The notes: generated from the letters alone by a model not told the origin. A stretch of DNA of 63,170 nucleotides, filler included, from Octopus bimaculoides (GCF_001194135.2; 4 parts of 4 records of this genome joined end to end with filler, not necessarily neighbours in it), one strand, 5' to 3'; shown: positions 38,461 to 51,465, numbered from the whole stretch's first letter. Translations and numbers: made by a program.

Positions 38461-39670
38461 GGTTATAGAATATTAAGTTAACGAAATGATAACGGTAAAG
38501 TAATTGTAAATAATCTATACTATATTCAATAAAAAGCTAGTGTGTAACAAGAAGTATTATATAAATACATAGACATTCGATTAATTATGACCTACTTCAC
38601 ATAATAGATATAATGCTAAAATTTTCCGGTGGAGAGTGATATTATTTAATGACAGAAAATACTAATTCAAATATTTCAATTTCATAAATAACGACACCAG
38701 AATAGGAAAATTACGTGACAAGATACGACAAAAATAATAAAAGCAAGACATTTTAAAATATCTATCTAAAATTTCTTAACCTAAAAGTCGTAATTATTAC
38801 ATAGAAAAAAAAAAAAAAAATCAAGGTACATTTCATATAGTAAGATATAATTTACTAAGGGTTCATTCTTTCCCTTTGGCTACCGGGACTGCCAGATTTA
38901 ATACCTTTTTGACTTAAGAACCAAAACAATAACAATAACAGTATTGTATTTACACACGAGTAAGATTTTCTGTCTGTCGATGTGCTGTAAAGAACGGCAT
39001 AGGACTTCCTAATTATGTGTAAAACAGCGGTGAGTATAACTCAACAGACATTCATTTTTATATTTAATGGTTGTAGGGGAATGAGGACCTGGCAAGAATT
39101 TCGTCGAAGTTAAAAAAGGAAACACGCTGTCAGATGGTTTGTGTGTATATACACACACACATATGATAATGACTTTTAATTAAGTACGCCTCTTTGCTTA
39201 TCGAATATGTACAGAAAAACATTTTTTTTTTAAATATACGCTTTAGAACAGCATCACGTCAACGAAACGACAACCAATTAAGCAATTGGGCACTATCATG
39301 CTATTAGCTGTCAGAAGTGAAAGTGCTCACTGCTAGTGAAGTATCTGTCTGTCTGCCTGCATGCCTGTTGCTGGCCTGTCGATTCTTTGGCTACTGACAG
39401 CTAATACCATGACTGGCCGGAGCGAGCTATATGTCTGTCTGTCTGTCTCTCTCTCTATCTATCTATTACTCGAAAGTCCGCGTTAGCTAGTCGTGAGTGG
39501 TCGATCCTATTATCTTTAAACTTTAAACTTCAAACTTCATTTGTTTTCTATTTTGATAAATTCTCTCTGTNNNNNNNNNNNNNNNNNNNNNNNNNNNNNN
39601 NNNNNNNNNNNNNNNNNNNNNNNNNNNNNNNNNNNNNNNNNNNNNNNNNNNNNNNNNNNNNNNNNNNNNN

Positions 39671-40880
39671 GCTTCTCAAACGTGGTGGGTATTTTCTTCT
39701 GCACCAGCTTTCACTCTTCTTTCAATTCTGTTTTAACAACGGTGCTACTCCGGAGCAGTGGAAAACTGCCAGTGACATTCCTCTGTTCAAAAAGGGTGAC
39801 CGCACGTCGCCTGTCAACTATCATCCAATCAGTCTTACTAGCTGCGTTGCCAAACTGATGGAATCCTGTATCAGAGAAAAACTCTGGAACTTCTGGAATT
39901 CTCACAGCCTTATCCGGCCCTCGCAATTTGGATTTATCCTTAACTCCAGCTGCTGTGATCAACTTATCGAGTTTCGCGAAGACATCACCCGGATCACTGA
40001 TGGCGGCTCATGGCTGGATGTTGTTTACCTTGACTAAAGCTTTTAATTCTGTTCCACACAAAAGACTTATGGCAAAACTCTCTGCAATGGGTGTGAAAGA
40101 TGATCGTTTTAACTGATTGGAGTCCTTCATTCTCAGTTGAAAAGAAGTAATCACAGTTCAAGGACAGCCTTCTTCACCCTATGAGATGTCATCTGATGTA
40201 CCGCAGGGATTTGATTTTGGCATACCTTTTGTTTGTTGCATACATTAACGGCATAAATGCCAACTTAATGAATGCCACAGTGCAGATGACATCAAGCTGT
40301 ACCTGGAGATAAAAAGGACAGATCCTGAACACAATAGATCTTTCCTGCAATCGGACCTGAACACAGTGCAGCAATGGATCACGGACTGACAACTCAAGCT
40401 GGCTGTGGACGTGTACCACCATGCATTTTTGGGAGGAAAAACCCAGCGTCCACATATTTCCTCCACAACACTAATATCAAGAAGTCTTTTTGTGAACATG
40501 ATCTGAGCATTACTGTCGGCAGCGATTTGCGCTGGACAAAGCACATCTTTGAAATTGTCAAGAAGGCCGAGGGTGTCTTGGCATCACTCAGCAAGACCTT
40601 TTCAGCCGCTCTCTAGCTATCTAGTCATCTATTTAAGGCTGATTATGACTATGGTGCAACCAGACTTGGAATTTGCATCACCAGAATTCTATGTGTTTAA
40701 CACCCGTGGGCATGCCTACAAAGTCAGAAAACAGCACAGCTCCCATGACTTTCGGAGAAATTTTTCCCCACTCAGAGTTGCTGAAGCATGGAACAAACTA
40801 CCTGCATCAGTTAACTGCCGAGACATTGCATCCTTTAAAATCTCTATGCTTCCTAAAATTCGTCAACACTACACCTGATA
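39671..40880 (+). mobile_element. CR1-clade LINE RT fragment with frameshifts and an internal deletion
   Basis: PLFKKGDRTSPVNYHPISLTSCVAKLME, VVYLD.KAFNSVPHKRL, SDVPQG, LQSDLNTVQQW, TRGHAYK..RVAEAWNKLP. Confidence 0.9.
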
Positions 40881-41039
40881 TCTCCACCTCCATACGCATG
40901 CACACATGAATATCATGATGTTATTATTATATATGCATATTCAAACTCGGATATCTGTACAGTTCTATATCTAAGAGATGAGGAATTATTTACATTATTT
41001 ACATTCGACGGATAGTTGTCCTCATCTTGTTTGTTGTTA

Positions 41040-41083
41040 ACACAACGTTTCGGCTGATATACCCTCCAGCCTTCATCAGGTGT
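41040..41083 (-). ncRNA. Minimal type I hammerhead ribozyme motif, intact
   Basis: ACAC-CUGAUGA-A-GGCUG-(10 nt)-CAGCC-GAA-ACGU-U-GUGU: stem I ACAC/GUGU, stem II GGCUG/CAGCC, palindromic ACGU stem III, GUU triplet. Confidence 0.75.
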
Positions 41084-41132
41084 CTTGGGGAAATTTCGAA
41101 CCCGGGTTCTCATTCCTAAATATTTTTTTCGA

Positions 41133-41189
<57 letters not shown>

Positions 41190-41539
41190 CATCATTATTG
41201 TTGTTGTTGTTGTTGTTGCTGTTGTTCTTGTTATTGTTCAGGTCACTGCTTGGAATCGAATTCGGAATCTTGGGGTTAGTAGCCCGCGCTCTTAACCACT
41301 ACCGCATACGCCCGTGGACATATAGGGTAGTGGTTAAGAGCGCGGGCTACTAACCCCAAGATTCCGAATTCGATTCCAAGCAGTGACCTGAACAATAACA
41401 AGGACAACAGCAACAACAACAACAACAACAACATCATCATCAACAACAACAACAACAGCAACAACAATAATAATAATAATAATAATAACATCGAAAAAAT
41501 ACCTTAGGAATGAGAACTCGGGTTCGAAATTTCTCCAAG

Positions 41540-41583
41540 ACACCTGAAGAAGGCTGGAGGGTATATCAGCCGAAACGTTGTGT
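41540..41583 (+). ncRNA. Minimal type I hammerhead ribozyme motif, intact
   Basis: ACAC-CUGAAGA-A-GGCUG-GAGGGUAUAU-CAGCC-GAA-ACGU-U-GUGU; predicted cut after 41579. Confidence 0.75.
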
Positions 41584-41642
41584 TAACAACAAACAAGATG
41601 AGGACAACTATCCGTCGAATGTAAATAATGTAAATAATGATC

Positions 41643-41686
<44 letters not shown>

Positions 41687-42643
41687 GATAGAGGAAGAAA
41701 AAGGAATAAAGTCAAATAAAGACAGTAATTGAACCGTGTACATTTTTACAGCCCACACGCTGTCGTCTGCTATAAGATTCATTACACAGATTTAATCATT
41801 TCTAACTGAGGTACGACATCATGAATTTAAATGGGAATGTTATTTGATTAAATGAAACCAAAATCTCAACTAGCACTGTTTTACCTGCAACGGAAATATG
41901 AAAGACCTCGGAGAAATTTGAACCAAGAACGTGAAGAGCCGAATATATTCCCCAAGGTATTTTGAGCGACGCTTTGCAGATTCGCTACTTCCAACGTCCT
42001 GTCTTATCGAGAATATATTTCTTTCGAAGGGAATAAACAAAGTAAAAGAAAGAAAAGGAAAAGATGGGTGAGATTGCGCCAATGGTTGCAAGCTTTACAC
42101 CGTAATTACGACGTTAAACGAAGTAACCACACAGCTAAGCTCACACTCAACGTTTTGTTCCTAAAATAATGCATATATCCATAAGGTTAATTAAACGGCT
42201 TGCATGGCAGATACAGTATACAAGAAATGGATAGAGATTTCTTAACAATTTTGAACTGATTTTAAAATATATTTAATATGACTTACATTAATTTGTTTGG
42301 TTTTGAAAATGTATCTTCTAATTCCGAGCATTTTAGAAATTCAAGTTTATAACACACACACACGGAGAAATGCACGCACACATTCACACACACGCGCACA
42401 CGCGCATCTCAAATATTTATCGACCCTACAAAGAGGCCTCTGCACAATCTCTTCACGCGCTAGAAAGAGCAGCCAAATCCACTGCAGACCTCATTGTCTA
42501 CCTTAATCGGGAAAGGAAAATAAACACTAGATGATATTGCGCAGGTATATTAACTACGTCTGATTAAAAAAAACAAAACATAAATAAAACATAAATTAAA
42601 CCGGAGTGGAACGGGTGAAATACATTCGATCAACAGACTACAG

Positions 42644-42875
42644 CAGTGTTCCTCAACCTGTTTTTGCCTATAGACCCTTTTGATTCTGATTTTACCATCT
42701 AATGTTTTAAAAAATCTTTTTATATGTTTATAAGTAATTGATTAGGAATTGCATAAAAAATTGTTTAAATACTTTTTGTATCATAGAAATATAACCAATT
42801 TATTGCACATAGACATTAACTACAAAATCTTGTATGGACCCTAAGAATTATAGAGGCCCCAGTTGAGAACAACTA
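42644..42875. mobile_element. hAT (Charlie-like) MITE
   Basis: Termini CAGTGTTCCTCAAC / GTTGAGAACAACTA; 8-bp flanks GACTACAG and GTCCACAG (6/8 match). Confidence 0.8.
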
Positions 42876-43160
42876 GTCCACAGGATTGTGGTTAACTTGA
42901 GGCTAAATAATAAGATAAATATACATTAATTTGGTCAAGATTATTCATTACTAAATGTAATTGTAATAAATATTACTTTACAATACCTGAGTTATTATTA
43001 TCAAAAACTCTTAATTACATCCACGTTACTAAACTGTAATACAAATATTATTTGTATAGAACAGAATATTTGTTATCTTGCAGCGAAAAGATGATGGAAA
43101 TTATTTGGAATTATGAAATAACAGAAATTTATTTAATGTGATGTAATCTCTATATATAAT

Positions 43161-43195
<35 letters not shown>

Positions 43196-43280
43196 TTTAT
43201 TATTTCTATTTTATGAATTCAATATTCTTCAACATGCCTAATGTTTTTGCTTTGAACTATAATCACAGCCATTATAAATT

Positions 43281-43409
43281 ACCACCGAGGTCAACTCTGC
43301 TTTTCATCCCTTCGGGGTCGATAAATAAAGTACCAGTTGCGTACTGGGTCGATCTAATCGACTGGCCGCCACCCCGCAAAACTTCGGGCCTTGTGCCTAG
43401 AAAAGAAAA
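43281..43409 (+). mobile_element. SINE family A, 5'-truncated
   Basis: CCGAGGTCAACTCTGCTTTTCATCCCTTCGGGGTCGATAAATAAAGTACCAGTT. Confidence 0.85.
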
Positions 43410-43689
43410 GATTATAAATTTGACCAATTGAACTTAAAGTTATGTCCCTTGTTTTATTACCTAATTAATAAATTGATTTTTTAAAGAAGTTTTTAATACA
43501 AAAACTCTAAAGCATGTAATTACAAAGAAAATGTTCTCGTATGGAATCAATCTGTGAATCAGATGATGTTGGCAGTACAACCATCACTCTATTTTCTGTA
43601 AATAATGGATTTTAGATGAAATATATTATTATTTGTGTATATTTCTCTTCAGTCGTAACTATTTCATTGAAAAAGGTTAATTTTTACGA

Positions 43690-44095
43690 TAATCATCCAG
43701 TTTAGGGAGGTAAAAAAGTAAATAAAATACAAGGGAAATAACTTAACGTCTTACTAGTATTGTCCGTACTCTCCCCACCCCACCCGTTTGCGAGCGCGCA
43801 TTTTTTTTCTTCATATTCGTTCACAGCAAGTTGTTTAACACCTATTACACTAATTTTTTTTTCATTTTTGAGCTCGGGTCAAACGCTTTAGTTTGACCGT
43901 TATTTCCCTATACTGGAAGATTACCATAAGTTGTTGTGCAGCTGGTACTATGATATTCAATCACGTGTGTGATTTATTTATAAACAGCTAAGAAAAAAAA
44001 AAAAAACACATTTCAGAGCAGTACGGATAATACTAGTAAGACGTTAAGTTATTTCCCTTGTATTTTTATTTACCTCCCTAAACTGGAAGATTACC
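43690..44095. mobile_element. MITE/foldback element with ~80-bp terminal inverted repeats
   Basis: TCCAGTTTAGGGAGGTAAA..AAATACAAGGGAAATAACTTAACGTCTTACTAGTATT and its reverse complement at 44016-44095. Confidence 0.85.
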
Positions 44096-44127
44096 AATTT
44101 TTGCATGTAAGAATATTTACCTACATA

Positions 44128-44995
44128 CTAGGTGGTATCAAAAAGTTTCAGGACTAGCTTTGTAGCGCGCCGACAGATGGCAGCACACAGGTGCGTGTGC
44201 AGTAAGTGCTAGCAACTGCCGAGTGACATTGCTGTGTTTACTTCATCGCAAGTTCTGAAATTTGTGTTTTTGTGATCATGTCTATGCTGTAGTCTGCGAT
44301 TTTTGTCATGGACAGGAAGCTGGAACAAAGAGCCAATGAGAAATTTTGCATTACACTTGGGAAGTCTGTTACAGAGACATTGAGCATTCTTCAGCCAGCT
44401 TATGGCGATGAAGCAATGGGTTTCGTACGCTATGTTTCAAAACTGAAAGAACATCCCTGGAAGAAAATGAGTGATCTGGAAGAACTGCCATGAGGGTCAC
44501 CCCAAGAAATGTGGAGAAAATTCATCAGCTTGTGCATGAAGATCATTGGAAGACAATCAAAGCTGTTTTGCAGTGTTTGTGGGACATAAAGGAAAAAGTG
44601 ATTGGATCTCTTGAGTGTTACGCACTGGATTCTTCACAACAACAATGAACCCTGTCACTGGGCTCTTCTCACTTGTGAGTTTCGCACTGAAAACAACATA
44701 ATATTGCTTCCATACTTGCTCTATTCGCTAGATTTAGCACCAGCAGACTTCCATCTCTTCCTCAAGATGAAAATGCAGCTCAAAGGTCATTGTTTTAACA
44801 CTGATGTCGAGATCAAGAGTGAATTGCAGCAGGTCTTCGACTTGCTTACGGAAAACAACTTCCAGACTAAATTCCAAAAGTGGCACCAGTGTATTGCTGT
44901 GCAAAGTGACTATTTCAAAGGAGATGTTAAAACTTAGGTAAATAAGTTATTTTTTATTAAACATAACTAGCCCAGGAACCTTTTGATCCACCTCG
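44128..44995 (+). mobile_element. Internally deleted mariner transposon 3
   Basis: TA flanks; TIRs CTAGGTGGTATCAAAAAGTTTCAGGACTAG / CTAGCCCAGGAACCTTTTGATCCACCTCG; MDRKLEQRANEKFCITLGKSVTET and YSLDLAPADFHLF. Confidence 0.9.
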
Positions 44996-45762
44996 TATAC
45001 ACAATCTGTGCGTGTGTTCTTTTGACTAGAATTGCAGCTCCTCCTAAAGAGAAAACTGAAGCTAGTACTTTCAATTAAAAATATCCTGTATGGTGTTTGT
45101 TCCTCTCGAGTTGGATGAAAGATCAATTGTTATTCCTATCGTCAGAAATCCAGTGAAGCAGTGATTGGTTGGCTCCTAGGAAGCTTACATTATTGTTCAG
45201 AAAATGCATAATTCTTTCAGATTTTTTGGCACATTTTCAGTTCTTTCAAATATTGGGTTTTAAAAATGGAATTATAAAAATTCATAATTTTGGCCTCCTT
45301 ACATGCTAACAAAAATTAACTTTAGCTAATTAAAATTTTTAACAAAAGTTAAAGTTTACATTTGTTTATAATTGTGATGGAAAAATGTCGTTATTCACAG
45401 TTCATGTTCCAATGAGCAAAATGGAGCAGTGAATGAAATGTTTGGTTGTGTTAAAAATCTTAATGATTTTCTCATTAATATGTCACACTTTCAGGATTGT
45501 AGGTACAACACAATGACTTTTGTAGCAAAATCATTTCATTTGAATATTCTTCCATTCTATTCCATGCCCGATGGTCATAAAATTAAGTATACTTTTATCT
45601 TTTTATTATTCACTCATTTGACTGTGGCCATGCTGGGAAACTGCTTATTCTATCAGTCTCTTACCAAATTGCTAATTTATAGAAATGTGAACAAACCAAC
45701 AGTAACTGTCAAGCAGCAGTGGTATAAACATGCACACACACACATATATATCATCAATATCC

Positions 45763-46060
45763 TTTAACGTCCGTTTTCCATGCTGGCATGGGTTGGACAG
45801 TTTGACCAGGAGGGCTGCACCAGGTTCCAGTCTGATTTGGCTTGGTCTCTATGGCTGAATGCCCTTCCTAACACCAACCACTTTACAGAGTGTATTGGGT
45901 GTTTTTGTGTGGTACTGGCACAAATGGTTTTTAAGTGGCACTGGCACAGGTGCTTTTTACGTGACACCAGCACAGGGGTCTTGCATTAATGCTGAGGGAG
46001 CAGCATTAACACTTCTGCTGTGAAGGAGTCTTCTTGAGTACGGTTGTGGAGGACATGATT
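45763..46060 (-). mobile_element. SINE-like/RTE-tail family D
   Basis: TTTAACGTCCGTTTTCCATGCTGGCATGGG..GCTGAATGCCCTTCCTAACACCAACC; relatives at ~50560, 53547, 53990 (+), 54800 and 61198. Confidence 0.8.
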
Positions 46061-46198
46061 GACTTCTTTCAGTTTCTGTCTATCAAAGCCACTCTTAAGA
46101 CTTCGGTCAGCCTAGGGCTATAGCAGAAGACACATGCACAAGGTGCCACACTTTGGGTCTAAATCTGGAGCCATGTGGTCAAGAAGCAAACTTCTCAT
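46061..46198 (-). mobile_element. SINE family B, degenerate
   Basis: Homologous to the reverse complement of the 50143 copy. Confidence 0.75.
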
Positions 46199-48327
46199 TG
46201 GACAGTGAAACATGTGCTTACAGACTGGGTCGGGGAGGGGGGAGAGAACAAACAAAAAACATATTATAATTAACAAATAAAACAAAAATATAATTTTAAC
46301 TGTTTTATTGGTTTGTTCAAAAAGGTTACTACAACTGAGTGTATTTGTCAAAATAAGTATTAAGGAAGATCAGTTTCACAACATTTTAGTCTGAACAAAA
46401 TTGATCACCTTGGAGCAATATATTCAATGCTTAAATAAAACAACTGTTAAACCTCCTTCACACATGAACATATATATATACACACACACGGCCATACAAA
46501 CATGGAGTACTCAAGGTAACTGAGATGTCTTTAATGAATTGTCTTGGAAAATTACATCTTCCTTCCAAATAGAATTATACTTTTTGAGCCAAAGACAGAG
46601 GCAACATGAGAACACTGCGTTGAGAAATTATCACCCTAACCACAAGACCTGTGTTTTGCAAACTAGTGTTATTCACAAGTCGTTTTTGTTAAACTTTAAA
46701 ATCTGTAATGAATTTCCTTTCCATATTTTTATCAATATTTCAAATCAAGAACAATTAGTTCTGTAAATCTGACATTCTTGTAGTTATCCGGCTACCTTAC
46801 AGTACTGAGTGACACCTTGATCAATAGACAGTGAACAATAACACCATTATGTCATATTTTTCATATACTTTTCCAAAATAAAAATAGCTGCCATCCAATT
46901 CACATTTATTTGGCAATATGCTGTTATTCCAGTTTTTACTTAATATGAGTCTAATGTGATATTTCCATTTTTCATTTTTTTTTTAGTTAGGAAATTAATG
47001 ACGATTCCATAAAATAGAAATGAAGACTGAGACAAGAAAGGTTATGAGTCTTGCCTAAGAACAAAATGCTAGCAGTTGATTATTGATTTTTCACACATTT
47101 AACTGTTACACGTCATTGTTACTTTCATTCAACATGAAGCAGTTGATACAAGATGATGGTTTCTCAAATGACATGAGCATAACAAGTCCTCTTAAGTTTA
47201 TACTGAAAATTCATCATTCCAATTAAGAGCACTTGGATACTATAAAGCCATAAATGTTCACCTTTCCATCAACTATGGTGTGTGTTTTATACACACCATA
47301 GAATGGCACAAACCACTACAGAATGGCACAAACTCATTTTCCAACACACTTCAATGATATTAATAATTACTGACATGACCATGCACATACGGGTTAGACA
47401 AATATATTATTTAAGAACTGTTTTACAGCTGGATATCTTCCTGCTCCTAACCCGTAACTGTTTTCCAAAGGAAAATGCAGAGTTAGCAGATGATCTGTTG
47501 ACAGGAGAAAATAATGTCATCACTTGCATATCAATGATTTTCAGAGAAGTGCAGATATAAACACACACTCATATGCAACAGGCTCAGTACAGTTTCTATC
47601 CACCAAATTTACTCAAGGCATTGGTTGATCTGGGGCTATAGCAGAGAACACTTACTCAAGTGCTACACAATGGAACTAAATTTAAAGTGTATCTTATGTA
47701 AGTGATTGAATTATTGAGAAAGAACAATGGAGTAGCTGTGATGTTTATGTATTTCTTAAGAGCATAGAAAATAGTTGATTTACTTTCAATAGCATTTAAC
47801 TAAAGAATAATTTACACATCTTACACAGGTGTGACTACTTAGGTTTGAATGGAATATGTTTATAACAGGTTATTCTTTTACTGGTACTCAATGATCTTGG
47901 AAGGGTGGAACAAAAATCTCCATTGTGATTTGAATTGCAAACTGAAGAACTGTCTTTTGGTTGCTATAAAGCCTCAAAGAGAATCAACTGTTCACTATAT
48001 CAGATCCACTAATTATTCTAATTATAAAGGTTTTCTTACATATGAAATAAACCTGAGATATATATTTTTTTAGGGGACAAGTTTATGTTTTCCTTCAACC
48101 ATGAACTTTACATCATTTCAATACGAATTGAAATAATCTGGTTCTAATTTGGAGTTGACACTAGGGAAGGAAAATCCTTCTTTAAGAAGCCCACCAATCT
48201 TGGTTAATAACAATATGAAAATATTTCTTTAAAGTCTTCAGCATTATAAATAAAAATTAGGGAAGACTGACTAGAAACTGACAATACAATCCTGAAAAAA
48301 AACACACACACATACACCAAATTTTAC

Positions 48328-48375
<48 letters not shown>

Positions 48376-49530
48376 GTGTATATGAGAGTATTTTCTCTAG
48401 CCCTCAGTCAATGTTATCCTTGCTCATTAAATGTTAACATCTCTTCCAGCACTGAGAACTGAAGAGCCTTCAAGCAATGTGGCTACAATATTCTCACTTG
48501 AACCAATATAACTTTACTGATTCATGCTAGCATAAGTTGAATTATTTCGCAAACTGAGGTCATTTGTAAAAAATTGTTTGATACATCACTCTTCAGATAG
48601 CTGGATGACGTTGACAGAGTTAACCATTTCTCAGTGGTTAACAGATCTATTTTTTCTTTCTTTTTTTTTATAAATCATCAGTTGAGATACAAACAGTTAC
48701 GTCCTTGCAGCAATGCTTGATGAAGGGTAAAAATGAGACAGTAATTATGAATAACAGGAAAATTCTTAGAGAAGTGAAATTAACAGAACTAAACATTAAT
48801 TTTATGATAACATAAATAAAAAAAAAATCTCCATGCTTCAATACATTCTATGAACTGTAATACAACAAAGAATATAACAAATATAATTTTCTCTAAACTT
48901 TTGTTGTAAATTTCTGTGATTCTTAACCCCACAACAAAATTTAATAGTTTTTCTTTCTTTTGCTATTTTTAAACTGAATTAGACTAACTGCAAATTTATA
49001 GAACTGCTGAAGCAAACATCTATAATATTTTGACAGTCAAAGAATTTTTAAGAAAAACTGCTTTTTCTTCAAGTTGGAAGTTGGTAAAAGAAAAAAAATA
49101 AACCAAACCAAACTATGAAATGAGAGAAAAAAAAATACAGAAAGTAAAAAAGACAAAAAGCAACAAAACAAGAGATGAAGCTAAATATTAGGGAAACCCT
49201 AAATTTTCAATTCTGTGGTAAATCATTTTCTCAGATTTTAATAACCATTCCTTACCCCCAAATCAAAAAAAGAAAATTCATGAAATAGAAAACATTACTC
49301 ACATTCATACATACATGCATTAAGTATCACATGTGAAACTGAGGCTGCCAAAAATGTAGCCTGTTCTTGATAGGTGCCAGTTCCTAGTATCATGGAGAAC
49401 AGCACTATATTATGCACACTAATCATACATGCATTTGTGCAAATGAATGCAGCTCATACAATGAAACATACACACACATACACTCTGTTTTTTTTTTTAG
49501 ATATATAGTTAATTGTTTGATCAACATGTT

Positions 49531-49811
49531 TTATAATTCTTCGTGAACAAGATGAAGATGTTTTCCATAATCAGTAGCCTGACTGCCCACAAATGTCTCA
49601 AAGTTTTCTAAAATTTCTTCTTGGCTAAGAATATTGTCCTTATTTGTATCAGCTTCACTCATAATATGTTCAGCTTCTTCCTTGGAATTTTCCATTGTAG
49701 AGGGGATGATCCAAGGTTTCATTTCTTCTGTATCTAAGAAACCGTCTTTATTTGTATCAAATTCTCCAAACTTCATTTTCTCAGCAATCTTTTCAGCTTC
49801 ATCTGATTGAG
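49531..49811 (-). CDS. CALU: Calumenin/reticulocalbin-like (CREC family) terminal exon: EF5, EF6 and HEEL ER-retention signal
   Basis: Acceptor TTTTTCCCAG at 49812-49813, phase 1; DTNKDGFLDTEE, DTNKDNILSQEE, FVGSQATDYG, HEEL-stop. Confidence 0.93.
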
Positions 49812-50142
49812 CTGGGAAAAAAAAATGAGAAGTAAACGTGAAATGTAAGTAAAATTAACAAGACAGGTTTTTTATCGCAATGGCAACCACCACATGAATA
49901 ATATTATTTTCAATTAACAAAGCTGATAATATAGTAGTTGTTCCGAGTGCTTTGAACAGCTAATGTTCAAACGTTGGACTATCTAACGACGTATGAAAAC
50001 ATCAGTACTCTTTCATTCCATTTACAGGTTTCATATTTCACCAAATTCAAAGCATAATCTAGTAATGCTCATATTTAATTAATTTTATTGCAAAACAAAA
50101 ATATACAATTTTATATGTGATCATATAATATTATTTTACATT

Positions 50143-50548
50143 CAGGAGTGGCTGTGTGGTAAGTAGCTTGCTTACCAACCACATGGTTCTGGGTTCATTC
50201 CCACTGCGTGGCACCTTGGGCAAGTGTCTTCTACTATAGCCTCAGGCCGACCAAAGCCTTGTGAGTGGATTTGGTAGACGGAAAACTGAAAGAAGCCCGT
50301 CGTATATATATATATATATATGTATATATATGTGTGTGTGTGTGTGTATGTATGTGTTTGTCCCCCCAACATCGCTTGACAACTAATGTTGGTGTGTTTA
50401 TGTCCCCGTAACTTAGCGGTTCGGCAAATGAGACCGATAGAATAAGTACTAGGCATCCAAAGAATAAATCTTGGGGTCGAATTACTCAACTAAAGGCGGT
50501 GCTCTAGCATGGCCGCAGTCAAATGACTCAAACAAGTAAAAGAGCAAA
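50143..50548 (+). mobile_element. SINE family B, full length (tRNA head, CORE-like CCTTGGGCAAGT, microsatellite, LINE-like tail)
   Basis: CAGGAGTGGCTGTGTGGTAAG..GGGTTCATTCC..ACCTTGGGCAAGTG..GGCGGTGCTCTAGCATGGCCGCAG. Confidence 0.9.
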
Positions 50549-51465
50549 AGATTCACTTTCCTTGGGTTGGACAAGTTTGCACAGTCAAAGTCAGTACATA
50601 TTTAAGGGGGGGCAGCAGACAGCATTTTACTCACATTTCATTTTGGCTTACTTTCTACAGCTGAATGCCCAGTATAATGTCAACCACTTTACAGAGTATA
50701 TGGGGTGCATTTTTCATGACACCAGCACTAGTGAGGTAGCTCTGTCCTTTGACATGACAAAAGAAACCTCACAACTATTTATCTCTGCTTGCTAGCTTGC
50801 CTCTTTACAGCATGGGAGGCACAAAGGATTGAAACGTGAACATTAGTATGGAAAAAAAGAAAACAAAATTCTTTTGTAATTCTTTGAAATTTTTTTTTCC
50901 CGTCTCATTTTTCTAATTTTGCAAATTTTCTTTAAAAAAAATCAGTTTAAAATCTGCACTGTCTAAATTTTTTGCTTAAATCTCAGCAATAGACTACTAA
51001 ATGTGTTTGTGAGGAGAAAGATATTGAAAAACAACAATATGTCAGAGTGACAAACAAACGAGGATAGTATGAGGTGGTTGTGTCATGTGCTAAAAATAAC
51101 AACTAAATAACCCTTAAATCGCAGAAATTTTTTTTTTGCTTTTTTTCAGAGTTGTATGAATTCCTGTGTAGAGCACAAATTTGCAAAAATTTTCTGACAA
51201 TTCCGAAAAATAAAGTAGTTATAGGGGACTATATTGTGCGCTTAAAGCAGAATTCTGCCCAATAGTCTTAAGAAGGATTTATGATAGAAGGGGTGAGTGA
51301 TAAGAATACTCAGTATTCTGAGACAGGTACATATACTCAGCATAAGACGACCAAAATAATATGGTATTGGCAAAAGAAAACATTCAATTCTGCATTTTAG
51401 AAAGGTTTCTTTCACTGGCAGCGCAAAAATTTACACTTCAGTAAAATTTCGAAATGATCCACAAA

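Larger units (their letters stand above)
33745..39570. repeat. Mosaic of locally multiplied, partly inverted modules (unclassified repeat family)
   Basis: Module a (GAATGAGGACC..GAATTTCGT.GAAGTTAAAG) near 33820, 35095 and 39080; module b (GTAGGTGCTTCGCTCGCTGGCTCA) near 34710, 36300 and 36890; module c (GGCACTGTCATGGTATTAGCTGTCAG) + at 35262, - ending at ~35978, + at 39290. Confidence 0.85.
40962..41638. mobile_element. Head-to-head palindromic dimer of the Penelope pLTR module (tRNA-like head + microsatellite + hammerhead)
   Basis: Arms 40962-41314 (-) and 41315-41638 (+) are reverse complements apart from the microsatellite spacer; centre GCCCGTGGAC. Confidence 0.95.

Noticed and set aside
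41315-41392. Bona fide tRNA gene with anticodon ACT
   Set aside because: No proper acceptor stem, no Pol III terminator, and embedded in a repeated module; treated as a tRNA-derived head
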